64,000 bases of DNA from the human T2T-CHM13v2.0 reference genome, Homo sapiens, in the NCBI RefSeq assembly GCF_009914755.1, contig NC_060934.1; one strand, 5' to 3'. Under the pieces are notes generated by a model. That model did no database searches and had not been told where the DNA came from. It saw only the letters and a program-made list of their open reading frames with translations. Below are positions 12,769-25,780 of the stretch, one piece after another; position 1 is the first letter of the stretch, and the number at the start of each line of letters is the position of its first letter. A program made the position numbers and the translations under genes.

Positions 12769-14092
12769 TGTTGGGGCTCTTTTCAGAGTGCTGGCCGCCT
12801 CCTGGAGCCTCCCAATGCAACTCACCTTTGCAACTCAAGGGTGATTTTAGGGCAATAAAATGCTCCAGGATAGATCTGACCTTGTGGTCACTCAAGAGTC
12901 CAGCAACTTCCTGGCCAATAAACCAAACTTCTCCTTGCCCTGCACCTGTGAGGTCTGGCCCATCCTCCCCATGAGCCTGAGCTAGTAAATATCCAGTGTC
13001 ACCTGCTACCCTTGCTTTGCTGAGAAGCCCCAGATGAAGCTCCTCACCATGGCAGCGAGGCACCCACCCAGCCTTGGGAGAGAGGCTCATGCCATCAGCT
13101 TTGTCCTAACAGCTGTGCTGTTGAACGCCTGGGTTTCTGCTCAGCTCAGGAGTCATTAAGGTGCACCTGCTACTTGCTAGGCATGGACGAGGCATCATTT
13201 CCTGTCCTTGGGAGCTTCACAAGAGCAGAGGTGGGGGCTAGCTCTGGTGGCATATTCAGCACCTAGGACACCTATGTCAAATACAAGGATTCCAGTAATT
13301 TTTCAAAAGGTTGGCACCAGCCACTCCCCACAACCCTACCTTGAACCCACTGAAGTCTTTTTCAGGGGAGTGTGGTCTCCCAGTTAGACTAGAAATCCCT
13401 GGAAGGCAGCAAGGTTGTCGAATCTGGTTAATTAAACAAGGCCTCCTTCCCTGCTCTGTATCCAGAAGACAGTCAGTAAATATTTGTTAAACAAATAAAC
13501 ACATTTCTATTACTGGCTCTTGGTCAGTAAAATCAGCATTTCTTTAAAAATTCATGAGCGCCGTAGTGCTTCCCACTGTGAGAGCAAGCCATGTTATGAA
13601 ATTGGCATGAATTTTCTATTAAAGAGAAGAGTCTATTTAATAAAATACTCCCAAAGGGTAGCTTTTTGGGTTACTGCTGTGCTGCATTATAATTTTCTAT
13701 AATTACATGCTGTTGACTGTAGTTTACCAACAGAGTGTCAGTAAAGAAAAACGTAACCCTGGAACTGTATTACTTCAAGTGTGTAGCCTTACCAAATGGA
13801 AACTCATCGGTTAGCTGGGTCGAGGGTGGCAAAGAGAGTGTTCTCCGAAGTCGTGAGTAGAGGAAACATAAAGTTGCCCTGCAGCTCTCAATGTGTGCGG
13901 TCAAAACAAATAGCTGGGGGGATCTGTTAGGAAACCTGTTGGGATAATCTAGAAATGGAGGGAGAATCCTATCTTGGAGCGCCACTGGGGGCTGCTAGTA
14001 GAAAGGAGTTTGATGGACAGCAGCTTTAAGGGGCAGCACCTGCTGAGAAAAGCAATCCTTTAAACGGTCACATGGTAGACAGAGGAGGGATG

Positions 14093-14425
14093 TGCTATGA
14101 TCTGAATGTCTGTGTCCCCCCCCAGATTTATATGCTGAAATCTGATCACCAATGTGCTGGGTTGAGGAGGCGGGGCCTTGGGAGGTGATTAGGTCATGAA
14201 GGTGGAGCCCTCTTGAATGGGATTAGTGCCCTTACAAAATAGGCTCCAGGGGACCTATTTGTTGAGGACACAGCAAAAAGGTCTTGAACAGGCAGAGGGC
14301 CCTCCCCAGACACCACATCCGCTGGCACCTTCATCCTGGACTTCTCAGCTTTCAGAACTGTGAGGAGCTTCTGTTGTTTACCCAGTCTAAGATATTTTGT
14401 TATGGCAGCTGGGCTGACTAAGACA
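14093..14425 (+). mobile_element. MaLR solo LTR (MLT1A-like)
   Basis: TG...CA ends: tgctatgatctgaatgtctgtgtcccc...gggattagtgccctta...gactaagaca. Confidence 0.85.
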
Positions 14426-15823
14426 GTGTGTAGAGGGAGTTTCCCGAAGGCAGGGCTGTGTTTGTTGTGTTCACCTTTGAATGCAAGTAGGTGCCAGTAA
14501 GTAGTGGAATGCATGCATGTGTGCGTGCAGGAGGCTACCACGGAATTAGACAAGACCCAATGTGCCCCTACCTCTGCCATTCTCTTGAAGTGTGCCTCAG
14601 GCCAAATTGCCTGTCCTCTCTGGGTCGTGGTCATCTCTGTTCTAGATGAGGATTCTGATCCTCCGTCCCAGACTGGCTGGCAAAGCAGGAGATGCACCAC
14701 CCTAACAAGTCTGATGAGGACCAGGGCTTTGGCAGGGACCCCAGCTCCACAGGTCCCCTCCAGGCACTGGCAGAGGGTGCGTCCCCTCACAGCTGGGGTG
14801 TCCAGGGAGGTTGTGAAGCAGCTTCTCTGAGTTATAAAATATGGAGCGTTCTCTCCTTAGTTGCAATTTGGGGTCAAATGTTCTCCCAAACAACCGGAGG
14901 AGCAGTTATAAATAATGCATGCACATTGTTTGGCCCAATTAACATTCTTCAGAAGATGGGGGCAATTCTTTGAAGTCTCTTCCTTCAAACGGCGTGTATC
15001 GAGGGGGACATTGACACACCCCTGTTGGGCTGGGCCAAGCTTTTGCCCTAATTAGATATTTACACAAGAGACCCATGCGAGGAGGGCGGATTTATTTTTA
15101 ATAAAAGAAGATTAAAATCTGTGTATCTGCAGCATATTAAGGAAGACTGAACCAAATTAAAAATTCTCCCACAACTTTGAATAGTGGGGGCCTGGAAAAG
15201 GAAGCATTTCACTTGGAATTTACTAAAAGTTGTTGCTTTGAGTCAGGAAGAAAAAAAATCAGCAATCCCCCATCCCCCGTCTCAACCCCAGCTTCACCTT
15301 GGCTTGTTGGCGCTCCCAGTGAGGGCACTGGGGGTGGTCAGCGGAGCCCTCTGCATTTGACGAGCCACTATAAACCCAAACCCTGTGGCTGGGCGTCCAT
15401 TTGTGGAACTGCAGCCCCAGGCTGGTAGGAAGGAGACAGTGGAGATGACATGGCTGGGAATGGGATGGGGTGGGGGCCATGCTGACACTCTGCAAGCTCA
15501 GGGACCAGCCCAGAGGGTCACACAAGAGTGCATGCCACACCCGGTCTTCCCGAGAGAAGACAGATCTCCAGACTTTCATGTGGACTCCTCTGATTCTAAA
15601 TATTTCAAACTAATTTAAAACCTTTGTAAACATATATACTTCCTCTTCCAACCTAGAAATTCCACTTACGGTTGTTGACCCCAAATACATGAAGAAATGT
15701 GTCCACAAAAAGACCTGTACCCAAGCATTCATAGCAAAGACCTGTACCCAAGCATTCATAGCAGCTTTGTTTATAAGAGCAAACTAACTGAAACAACTCA
15801 AATGTGTATCAAGAGGAGAATGG

Positions 15824-16390
15824 GGCCGGGCCTCGTGGCTCACGCCTATAATCCCAGCACTTTGGGAGGTCAAGGCAGAAGAATCGCTTAAGCTCAGGAG
15901 TTGAAGACCAGCCTGGACAACATAGGAAGACCTCTTTTTTTTTTTTGAGATGGAGTCTCGCTCTGTCGCCCAGGCTGAAGTGCAGTGGCGTGATCTCGGC
16001 TCACTGCAAGCTCCGCCTCCTGGGTTCACACCATTCTCCTGCCTCAGCCTCCTGAGTAGCTGGGACTACAGGCACCCGCCACCACACCTAGCTAATTTTT
16101 TGTATTTTTAGTAGAGATGGGGTTTCACCGTGTTAGCCAGGATGGTCTTGATCTCCTGACTTCGTGATCCACCCGCCTCAGCCTCCCAAAGTGCTGGGAT
16201 TACGTGAGCTACCACGTCCAGCTGAGCTCATCTTATAATTAAAAATTGGCCAGGTATGGTGCCACATGCCTGTAGTCCCAGCTACTCACTTGGGCCCTGG
16301 AATTCGAGGTTACAGTGAGCTATGATCTTGCAACTGCACTGCAACCTGGGGGACAGAGCAAGACCCTGTCTCTAAAACTAATAAATAAAA
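15824..16390 (+). mobile_element. AluJ split by an AluY insertion (arms 15824-15933 and ~16223-16390)
   Basis: Left arm ggccgggcctcgtggctcacgcc...; right arm ...gaggttacagtgagctatgat...gaccctgtctctaaaa. Confidence 0.85.
15934..16222 (-). mobile_element. AluY nested in AluJ
   Basis: Poly-T, caagctccgcctcctgggttcacaccattctcc, cgtgttagccaggatgg. Confidence 0.92.
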
Positions 16391-17020
16391 GGGGAGAGCT
16401 GGAGAGCAGATGGCAGCACAATCACATGACTGTATGCTGTTCTGCAGTCCAAAGGAATGGGCTGCGGTGCCCATGAGAAAGCGGATGGGCCTTGAAGCCT
16501 GTGGCACTAGAGAAGCTTTAGGACACGAGCTGCGTGTTTCCACTTAGAGGAAGCTCAAGGGCAGGCAAGGGCATCTTCTCTGGAGGTGGAGATCAGAATG
16601 GTGTGGGCTTCCTGGGGTTGCAGGAGGGGACTTTTTGGTAGACTGAAAAGGGACAAGAAGGAGGTGTCTAGGATAGTGACAGATGTTCCTCCAGGGGACC
16701 AGGGCATGGACCATATGGGGGTCTGCAGCAGACATTTGCCCAAACTCATCATACCGTAGGCTTAAGGCCCATGCACTTAACTCTATGTAATTACAGCTTT
16801 TCAAAAAATGTAAAACTTTCAAAACACAGAACAGGTCAAACCCAGTAATACAGGTCACATTTAGTCAGCGGGACCCAATTTGCAGCTTCTGTTACAGTAA
16901 ATTTGTACTCTTATGTTAACCAGGCACCCCCAGCCCCCAGGTGGAGAAACATCCTTCACCACCAGCCATCCATGTGGTGAGAACCTAAAACTACTCTAAA
17001 AGCATGTCTATTTTTTTAGA

Positions 17021-17100
17021 CCAGTGCCACTATGCCTGGCCAATTTTTTTTTTTTTTTTACTTTTTTAGAGATGGAGTCTTGCTATGTTGCCCAGGCTAG
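17021..17100 (-). mobile_element. Short Alu fragment
   Basis: gccactatgcctggccaattttt..tagagatggagtcttgctatgttgcccaggct. Confidence 0.8.
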
Positions 17101-17101
17101 T

Positions 17102-17800
17102 GAGGAGACAGCTCAGGGTCCAGGGAACAGCGTGGGCCAGGCTGACGGCGGTGAGCAGAGGGCAGTTCAGTGGCCTGGGAACAGCACCCAGGTGGCCGAG
17201 ATGTGTCGGTCCCTGGGAGGTTGGCACAGCTCAGAGGGGACCACAGGGACAGCCAGAAAGGTCTCATCCCACCAAATCACTGCCCACCCAGTGGCCCCAG
17301 TCATGCTACTGTTTTGGATTTGTTGGTATGACTTGCCTTTTCACACAGGTGAGAGGAACAGACTCACCTTGTTTAGCCCAACGTGGCTGAGGCACAGCAG
17401 CTTCCTGCCTTCCTGCCGGGGAGACCTGTGGCCGCTGTGGAGCCGGTGCCGCCCTGGCCTTGGCTCCCTCTGCCCCAGACCAAATACTCAGGGGTCCTGT
17501 GAGGTCCCTCCCACTCCTCCTTTACCTTAGAAGAGTTTAGGAAATGTGGGTGGAAGATGAGGCACATCTTGGAAAGTGTAAGGCAGACCTCGTCATGCAC
17601 ACGCATTGAGCACCTGCTGTATGCGAGTCAGACTGCAGAACTGAGGGGTCAGAATGCTGGGAGGAGACAGCCCAGCATCCAGTGAGCAGCGTGGGCCAGG
17701 CTGATGGCAGTGAAAAGAGGGCAGTTCGGTGGCCTGGGAACAGCACCCAGGTGGCTGAGAGGTGCTGGTCCCTGGAGAGGTTGGCATGGCTCAGAGGGGA
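17102..17800 (+). repeat. ~140-bp dispersed direct repeat (17102-17240 and 17661-17800)
   Basis: Both copies run gaggagacagc...gtggcctgggaacagcacccaggtggc...gctcagagggga. Confidence 0.88.
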
Positions 17801-18009
17801 ATGGATCAAAAGAGTTTGGCGGGGCAAGTGGGGCGGGCATTAAGAACATTAAGAAGAGCTGAGAGCTATAGAAATTGGAGGTAAGAGGCCTGGCACGCTT
17901 GCTGGATGGGCCAGTGTGCACATTGTGAGGGCTGCTGCCCGAGCTGGCCTCAAAGAGGAGTCTGGGTTCAACTCCAAGGGCAGTAGGACAGGGTGAGAAT
18001 TTTTTTTCT

Positions 18010-18310
18010 TTCTCACAGACATTTTTTAGAGGAGTTTCAGGATCACAGCAAAATGGAGTGGAAGGTACAGAATTTCCATATGCCCTCCCCACACAGGCAC
18101 AGCCTTCCCCACCGACAACATCCTGAAATGGAATGGGACATTTGGTAATTGGATGACCTACTCTGGGACAACGCAGTCACCCAGAGTCCATACTCTATGC
18201 CACTCTCAGCCTCGGTGGCCACATTCTGTGGGTTTGGACAGATTTCCGGTGACCAGGACCCGCCAATGTAGTATCCAAGGGGCTTCACTGCCCTAAAAAT
18301 TCTCTGTGCA
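18010..18310 (-). mobile_element. L1MC/MD-type 3' end fragment
   Basis: cagcaaaatggagtggaaggtacagaatttccatatgccc..ttctgtgggtttggaca..ttcactgccctaaaaat. Confidence 0.7.
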
Positions 18311-19419
18311 CCGAGGCTTTTGGAGGCGCAGAGGCTTTCACTCTGAAAGCTGCAGGGGGCAGTTAGAGGGGTCAGGCTGGAGGCTGTGGTACAGGAGGTG
18401 GGTAGGCCTCCTCCCCCAGCCTGGCTCAGACATCCACTGGGCGTCCTTCCACAAAACGACCTTCTCGGAGCTCCACTCGGACTCCACTCGGGCATCCTGC
18501 ATGCTTCGCATCACACACAGGGACAGGTGAGGGATAAAGTACCCGGCAGGAGCCCACAGGGGCTGTGACACAGGAGGGTCTGGCACAAACTCGCTGGGCT
18601 TCTCACGCCCACAACAGATCCAGTGCCTGCCCTGCAGAGCCCAGCAGCCCGGGCTGAGAGTGGAAATTCCCAGAGCAACTGAGAGGGGTGCCTGTTCCGG
18701 AGGTGGTAGGAGCTTTGGGGCTGGGGGCGTGGGAGGTAGGAGCTTTGGGGCGGGGGGCATGAGAGTGACTTCTGAAACTCGGCATCCTCTGAAACCTCAC
18801 CTCTAAATCGCACGGCACATTCCTTCTTGACTCCAGCTGGGCCAGAGGCTCCCTCCCGGCTGCTGGATGCTGCTCCTAGCAGTGCTCATCACAGGCACCA
18901 GACCCCCAGGGGCTGGATGGACCCATCTGCACAGCAGTTCCAACTGCATCTCACACACGTTACCATCATCTCGCAGATCTGTGTCATCCTGACGCTTAAA
19001 TTTCCTGTCTTGTGGTCCAATCAAAATAGGTCTTACTGACCCAGCCAAAATCTATATTCGTGAGGCTTTGACGATGCAGATGTTTCCTGCTATTCCTAGA
19101 GCAGGAGGCGGTGTTGGCCGAGGCCCTCGCCAACAGCTGTTCCCAGAGGAGGGGGGCTGAGAGAAACTCGGAGGGAGGAGAGGCCGCCTCCCCACAGCCT
19201 CCATCTCCTCTGCGACCAGGGACCCTCACTCTCCTCTGCTGAAGCCTAAAGCTGCTCCCGGCCAGTTCTCCCAGATCAGCACCCTCAGGAAACCTCAAGA
19301 GTTGAAAACCAAGACAGCCAGAAAATGGGGGCTTCTCAGCCTAGTGGGGAGTACTGAGCCCTGGGCTCTCCAACCCTCCAAGCCACTCCAGTCCCCATCT
19401 CTCACACTCTCTGCATCTC

Positions 19420-19487
19420 TGTCTCTCTCTCTCTCACACACACACACACACTCACACAGCACATACAGATAGACACACAGATACACA
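19420..19487. repeat. (TC)n(CA)n compound microsatellite
   Basis: Direct reading. Confidence 0.8.
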
Positions 19488-19729
19488 GTGTTTCAGCCCA
19501 TTTCTACAGAAATGACTAATGTGCACACTGCACCAGGGAAACACCACATTGAAATCAAGGACTCCAGTGGGTCAGGAGCCGAGGGTGCATCCACATTGAA
19601 ATCAAGGACTCTAATAGGTCATAAGCTAAGGGTGTATTATTTTACCCCAGGCATTGGGGCATCCCCTGGTCCCTGGGCCCCCTCTCCCCTCCCAGCCCCA
19701 GACAGGATCGTGCAGCGGTTCCATCAGGA

Positions 19730-19930
19730 CTTGGGAAGCTGAGAGGCCCGACTTCCAATCCCAGCCCTGCCCCTTGCTCACTGCATGACTTGGGCCCATT
19801 GCTTGGCCTTTCTGAGCCTCAGTTTCCCCAGCTGGGGGAGTGAAGATGGCAGTTCCCGCCTCATAAGGTTGTGAGGACAAGACAAGAAAACGCGGGTGGA
19901 TCGTGTAGGCTGACGCCCGGCACTCAGAAG
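19730..19930 (+). mobile_element. MIR fragment
   Basis: tctgagcctcagtttccc..gcctcataaggttgtgagga..gcccggcactcag. Confidence 0.65.
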
Positions 19931-20584
19931 ATCTCCACGCGATGCTGTTTTTGCGGGGTCACTGCCCTCCTCTCATCCCAGCGTGGCCTCAGCCACCAGG
20001 AGGCCTAGAACTCTGGGAAAGGAGCAGTCAGGACCGGACATGGCTCTAGGCTTTTCTTGTTTCTCTAAAATACTCAGAGTCCAGGGTCCTTCGTGGGATC
20101 TGCCTTGAGTAGCCAGAGCTGGCACAAAGGGAATGGGAACCCTGAACACGGGTTTGCCATTCCGGGGCTCTCTGGTGGTGTGTCCTATGTCAGCCCATTC
20201 ATTCATTCATTCATTCATTAAGCACGTGTTCATCAGCTGCCCCCTGAGCATCCACCATGTGCATTAAGGTTCTCCCCAGGCCTCTGTTGGGCGGGGAGCT
20301 CAGCCTGAAGCCAGGCTGTGAGTGGGATGGGAGGGGGTGCCAGACAGGGTCCTGCGAGAGGTGTTGGGCCCACAGCACCCACGGTGCCTCTCCCAGAGGA
20401 CCCCTGCCCCTCTCATCTGGGCAGTGAGGATGGTTGGGGTGGACGGCCTGGCTTTGCCCAAGCCCAGAGCAATGGTCCCGGTACAGTGATTGTTATTAAG
20501 TTCTCAGAGAAATGCCCAGAGTCCCTCAGGTTGGTCGACATGTGTTCCTTGGACTCCTCAAAGGCTTTGCCAGAGGGTGGAGGC

Positions 20585-20653
20585 TGTGTGTGTGTGTGTG
20601 TGTGTGTGCACGCGCGCACGTGTGTGTGTGTGTGTGTGCGTGCACATGCACGC
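20585..20653. repeat. (TG)n/(CG)n alternating purine-pyrimidine tract
   Basis: Direct reading; alternation unbroken over 69 bp. Confidence 0.9.
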
Positions 20654-21412
20654 TGGACACAGGGCTGTGGCGTGATTGTCAGATCGGAGGCAGAGTAATT
20701 GTGCTCAAAGCAAGAATAATTAATAAGCCCACACTTTTCCACAGCAGACCTTCTTATTAAAGTATCAGAATTTAAGCAGCCCAATGTTGTACATATGGAT
20801 GTAAATGAGATACACATTGTCCATTTGAACAGCTCTAACTTTGTTTCTGTCTCAAGTGGTACATCTGCACTAACACAAATCCATTTTTTACTTGACTTTG
20901 ATTTGCTGATTAATATTATGACGCTGAGTTCAGGTATATGATCAGGTTACAAATATAATCAGTTTTTCACTGAATGGCTGTTATTTGGTTTCCAATAACA
21001 GAAACCTGTTTAAGGATATTTCAACAAAAAAACAAACAACTGCTGAGTCTTACTGTGGCTCAGTATTTGGGTTTTAGTACAAGAGTAACTAGATAACCCT
21101 GGACGTATTCTCTTCTTGGTTTATATTTTTTAAAAAGAAAAGAAAAACAGCTCGGTTTTGACATTAAGGAAATGGCCGGTAGCTTCTGGTTTCTCTGGGC
21201 AGCCCTGCTGGGAAATGCTGGTCCTTACTCTTCTGCTCACTGCCCTCCTGGTGTCCCAGTGGTGGGATAATCCAGAGCCCACCTCAGACAAGTTCTAACC
21301 CAGATGAGCTCACAGTACTGCCATCCTGCTGCATCCTGAGCGGGCAGTGGGTTTCCAGCGTGGGGCCCCATTGTGGGTGATGGAATTTAGAGGAAGCGGT
21401 GTGATTTGATAG

Positions 21413-21756
<344 letters not shown>

Positions 21757-23574
21757 GAGTGTCTTTTTTTCAGGTGGGATGGTGGTGAACTCAATAAGAG
21801 ATAATTTTGCACATCAGGCTAGACCCTGCATCTGAAGTGGCAGAGGGCATTCATTCTCCAGGTGCCACACAGGCCTCTGAAGGGACTGTGACCTCCTGGG
21901 GGCAGGGGTGTGCTCCCCGACCTCCTGCGAGCCTCCTTAGCACTGAGCAAACCGCCCCCCTCCCCGTGTTCAGGGATATTCGCTGAAATGAGCCAGGTGG
22001 GATTTAATGGACTCTGAGTACAACTGTGTAGCCTCAGGTTGCCTTCAGCATCCAGGCCCTCGGGGCACCGCCATGCTCCCCAGAACATGAGCTCTCAGAA
22101 AATGCAGTCTGTACCCAGCATTAGCACAATCAGAGCCCTGGTGAGAAGGTGAAACTACTGTCCTTGGCCTCCAAAGCATAGAATGCCCCCAAGCCAATGA
22201 GTGGTCATGAAATTTCCCACCTCCTGTTCTTCTCACCAGTCAGTCAGAGACAGCGCCTGCTGTGAGACTGTGCCCCGGAGTCTCACCACAGCAGGTCACG
22301 GGACCACAGGTGCCTGCTATGAAGGAGGGAAGACAGGCCAAAAGGCACAGAAAAAATAATCTTGCAGTTCTAAGTTTCTTGCTGTATCTCTTACCACGTG
22401 CTTCCCGTGAGGCTGCTTTTGGCTGGAGGGTCAGCTTCTTTGACTCTGATGGCGAGTCTTCATTCCTGTTCGAGGCTTTGATTTCCAGTAGTTGGCCGCA
22501 ATTTTCAGGACTGATCCTAGAGTATGCATTCAATTATTGATCATCAATAGTTTATTGTCCCATCACTGCGTCTCCCCTGGACGCGGTAATGGAAGTATTG
22601 GTTTATTCATGGATCCTGTTTGAAGGACGTGACAAATTGATTTTCTGACACAGCCCAGATAAAGTCAAATGAAAGTCACAAGGTAGAAGAGGTGGTCTTG
22701 ACCTGATCATCACATTGAAAGTGTCTTTACCATGTTCGGAAGCCCTGGAGAATCTCACAGCACCACCCAGGCCCCTCCTGAGTCGGCAGCACTGAGTCCC
22801 CAGGTGCACCTGGCACCCCGCTCCCTGAGAACCACTCAGACAGGACCTGAGACAATGCCCAGTGAGGAAACAAGGCAGGGCCAGGGCTGCCCCCAGGCCT
22901 TGTGAAAGTGGGAGCTGTGCTTCTCACAACCTTCCTGTCCCTGAAGGGGGAATCCCAAGGCCCCACTGGGCATTGTCCAGGTGTTTTGTGAAGCTCGGGT
23001 CCAGAACAGGAGTTGCCTGGCAGCTTTGGAATCGACGGCCCAGGGCCTGGCCTGCCCCGTGCTGACTCCCCCAGTGAGAGGGAGGCACACACCTCCCTGT
23101 GCTCCTCCTGGTCACCCTCCCACAGTTTCACTGGTGCTGCTGCTCTGGACTCTGCCCTGCACCTCCAGAGGCCCCTCCAGAAAGTGCAAGACCATGAGAG
23201 GGCCCTGACTCACAGGAGCTCATGTTCAAGTTCAGAGAGAAAAGCAGACAGGGAGGCACACAGCGCAGTGGATGGCCAGCCATCATGGCCAGCGGAGACA
23301 GCTAGCAGGGCTTCCCAGGCGGGCACAGGGGCCTGGGAGGGGCGCTGGAGGCAGGTGTGATGCCAGAGCGGAGTCCTGTGAACAAGGGCCAGGAGATGAC
23401 GGTCGATTGGAAAGAAACCGCCATCGCTGCTCCAAAGTCACCCTTGGAATTGTAGTAATTTTGACAGGCTGTGGCAGCTGAACATCTTCATTAATGTGAA
23501 GACAATCATGAAGACAATGAAAATGACTCTGACCACCTGTCCCAGGGAGTAGAGAGCGCCATCTGCATTTGCTA

Positions 23575-24239
23575 CAGTGGCCCCCGTCCGTGGTTCCACT
23601 TCCACAGTTTCAGTTACCCACGGTCAACTGTGGCCCAAAATACATGAGTAGAGTGAACAAGATAGTTTGAGAGAGAAGAGAGAGACCACATTCACGTGAC
23701 TTCCATGACAGTATATTGTTAGAATTGTTCTATTTTATTATTGTTGTTAATCTCTTACTGTGCCTGATTTATAAAATAAACTTTATGTAGGTATACATGT
23801 ATAGGAAAAAGCATAGTATATATACATTATATAGGAAAAAGGATAGTATATATACATAGTATGTATAGGAAAAAGGATAGTATATATACATAGTATGTAT
23901 AGGAAAAAAGATAGTATATATACATAGTACGTATAGGAAAAAGCATAGTATATATACATAGTACGTATAGAAAACGGCATAGTAACTGGTCTAAAATAGG
24001 TGAGTAGAGTACAAGATACTTTGAGAGAGAAGAGAGAGAGCACGTTTACATGACTTCCATGACAGCATATTGTTAGAATTGTTCTATTTTATTATTGTTG
24101 TTGTTAATCTCTTACAGTGCCCAATTTGGAAAATAAACTTTACGTAGGTACATATGTATAGGAAAAAGCATAGTATAGTATATCTGTGGCTTCAGGGGCT
24201 CTTGGACCGTATCCCGCACAGATAAGCGGGGAACTGCTC
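23575..24239 (+). mobile_element. MER44A (Tigger7-derived Tc1/mariner MITE) with internal duplication
   Basis: TA|cagtggccccc..tttcagttacccacggtcaac; gagagaccacattcac..tcttactgtgcct present twice; ends gataagcggggaactgctc|TA. Confidence 0.8.
23795..23984. repeat. 34-bp AT-rich minisatellite (~6 units) inside MER44A
   Basis: tag(g)aaaa at 23802, 23832, 23866, 23900, 23934 and 23968. Confidence 0.9.
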
Positions 24240-25440
24240 TACATAAATCGATGGTGCTTTCCATTAGAGCCACGGCAGTTTCTAAAGGAAAAAGTAACAA
24301 GACTGCAAAAGTATTGAGGGCAGTGTCCTTGGTGTCTGTGAATTGTAGTTTACTTTTGTCTGTGGAGGTTAACCTTGCTGTCTTCAGGGCACGCTTTCGT
24401 GATCATAAATAGTCTACTCTGTAATAATATTTTGGTCTTGGTAAGATCCAAAGACTATCCCAAACACAATTATCTTGTCACTGCTTAGGTGGCAATTTTT
24501 AATGAGTAAAGGATTCAACCGGTATCTTGGTATTGGTGGTATTAGTGGTATATATTATTTGAAATGACAATCAGCTACTACAAGGATGGGAAAAATTAAT
24601 TATTGGTAATCTTTGAAACTCATGAAGAATTGTGAGACATTGTACATTGTTCTCAAATTTGAGATTAGGTAAGGAAACCTTTGTCTTTCATCTTTGGTTT
24701 TATGTGACCCCCATTCAGGAACGAAGAGTTATCACTTTAAGGCTCTCAAGGGCTTCCTTGCTTTGTTCTTTCAAGACAAGAAGGATAATTTTTCTCTATA
24801 GGGAGGAAATGTATACAGTAAAAGTCTAGCTATATATAGTCCATTCTGTCTTATTTGGCCCCAGCTATTATTGTAAGGTTCACTTCTTTAAATGGGTAAT
24901 TAGCCATTGGGCTTGTTGGTTGTTGATTAAATGAATTCAAGTATGGCTTTAGGGTCTGAGAAAGCGTGCTTTCGAGAAGGTTCCTTGTGTCTCCAGCTAT
25001 CTGTGGGTCTGTCATCTTTATTGGAATCCAGATAGACTTAATTCTCACAGGATAAGCTCTTTACTTTTTATTCATTTTCAAGAGGACACTATGCGTAATT
25101 GGAATTACGCAAATTAGAGGATTAGAGTTTGGCACACAGGAAATTGAAATTATCCCTTAACAGACTTGCTGACTCGCCAGCGTTCTTACCGGTCCTTGGC
25201 CTGGGTGGAGTGCTGTTGCGTCCTCGGGCAGACCCTGTGCCTGTGCTGGTCCCACCCCTCAGCATCTGGGCCTGCCCAGTCCAAGCCAGGCAGGGAGCCC
25301 CAGGAGGAAGCCCATCAGGGGACTTCCTGCGGCTTTAAAATTTCTTTTGCTTTTTAAAAAATTATTTGATAAAATAAAGTTTGGTGTATAATCCACAGGT
25401 GTGCACTTGGGGCTTCTGCAGTGTTTATATAAGAAAGCAT

Positions 25441-25780
<340 letters not shown>

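Larger units (their letters stand above)
15620..16810 (+). mobile_element. Old L1 (L1M) fragment interrupted by nested Alus
   Basis: gaaattccactt..gtccacaaaaagacctgtac..ttcatagcagctttgtttataa..aaacaactcaaatgt; resumes after 16390. Confidence 0.6.

Noticed and set aside
13975-13995. Second CTCF-like motif gcgccactgggggctg
   Set aside because: Core spacing does not fit the consensus on either strand.
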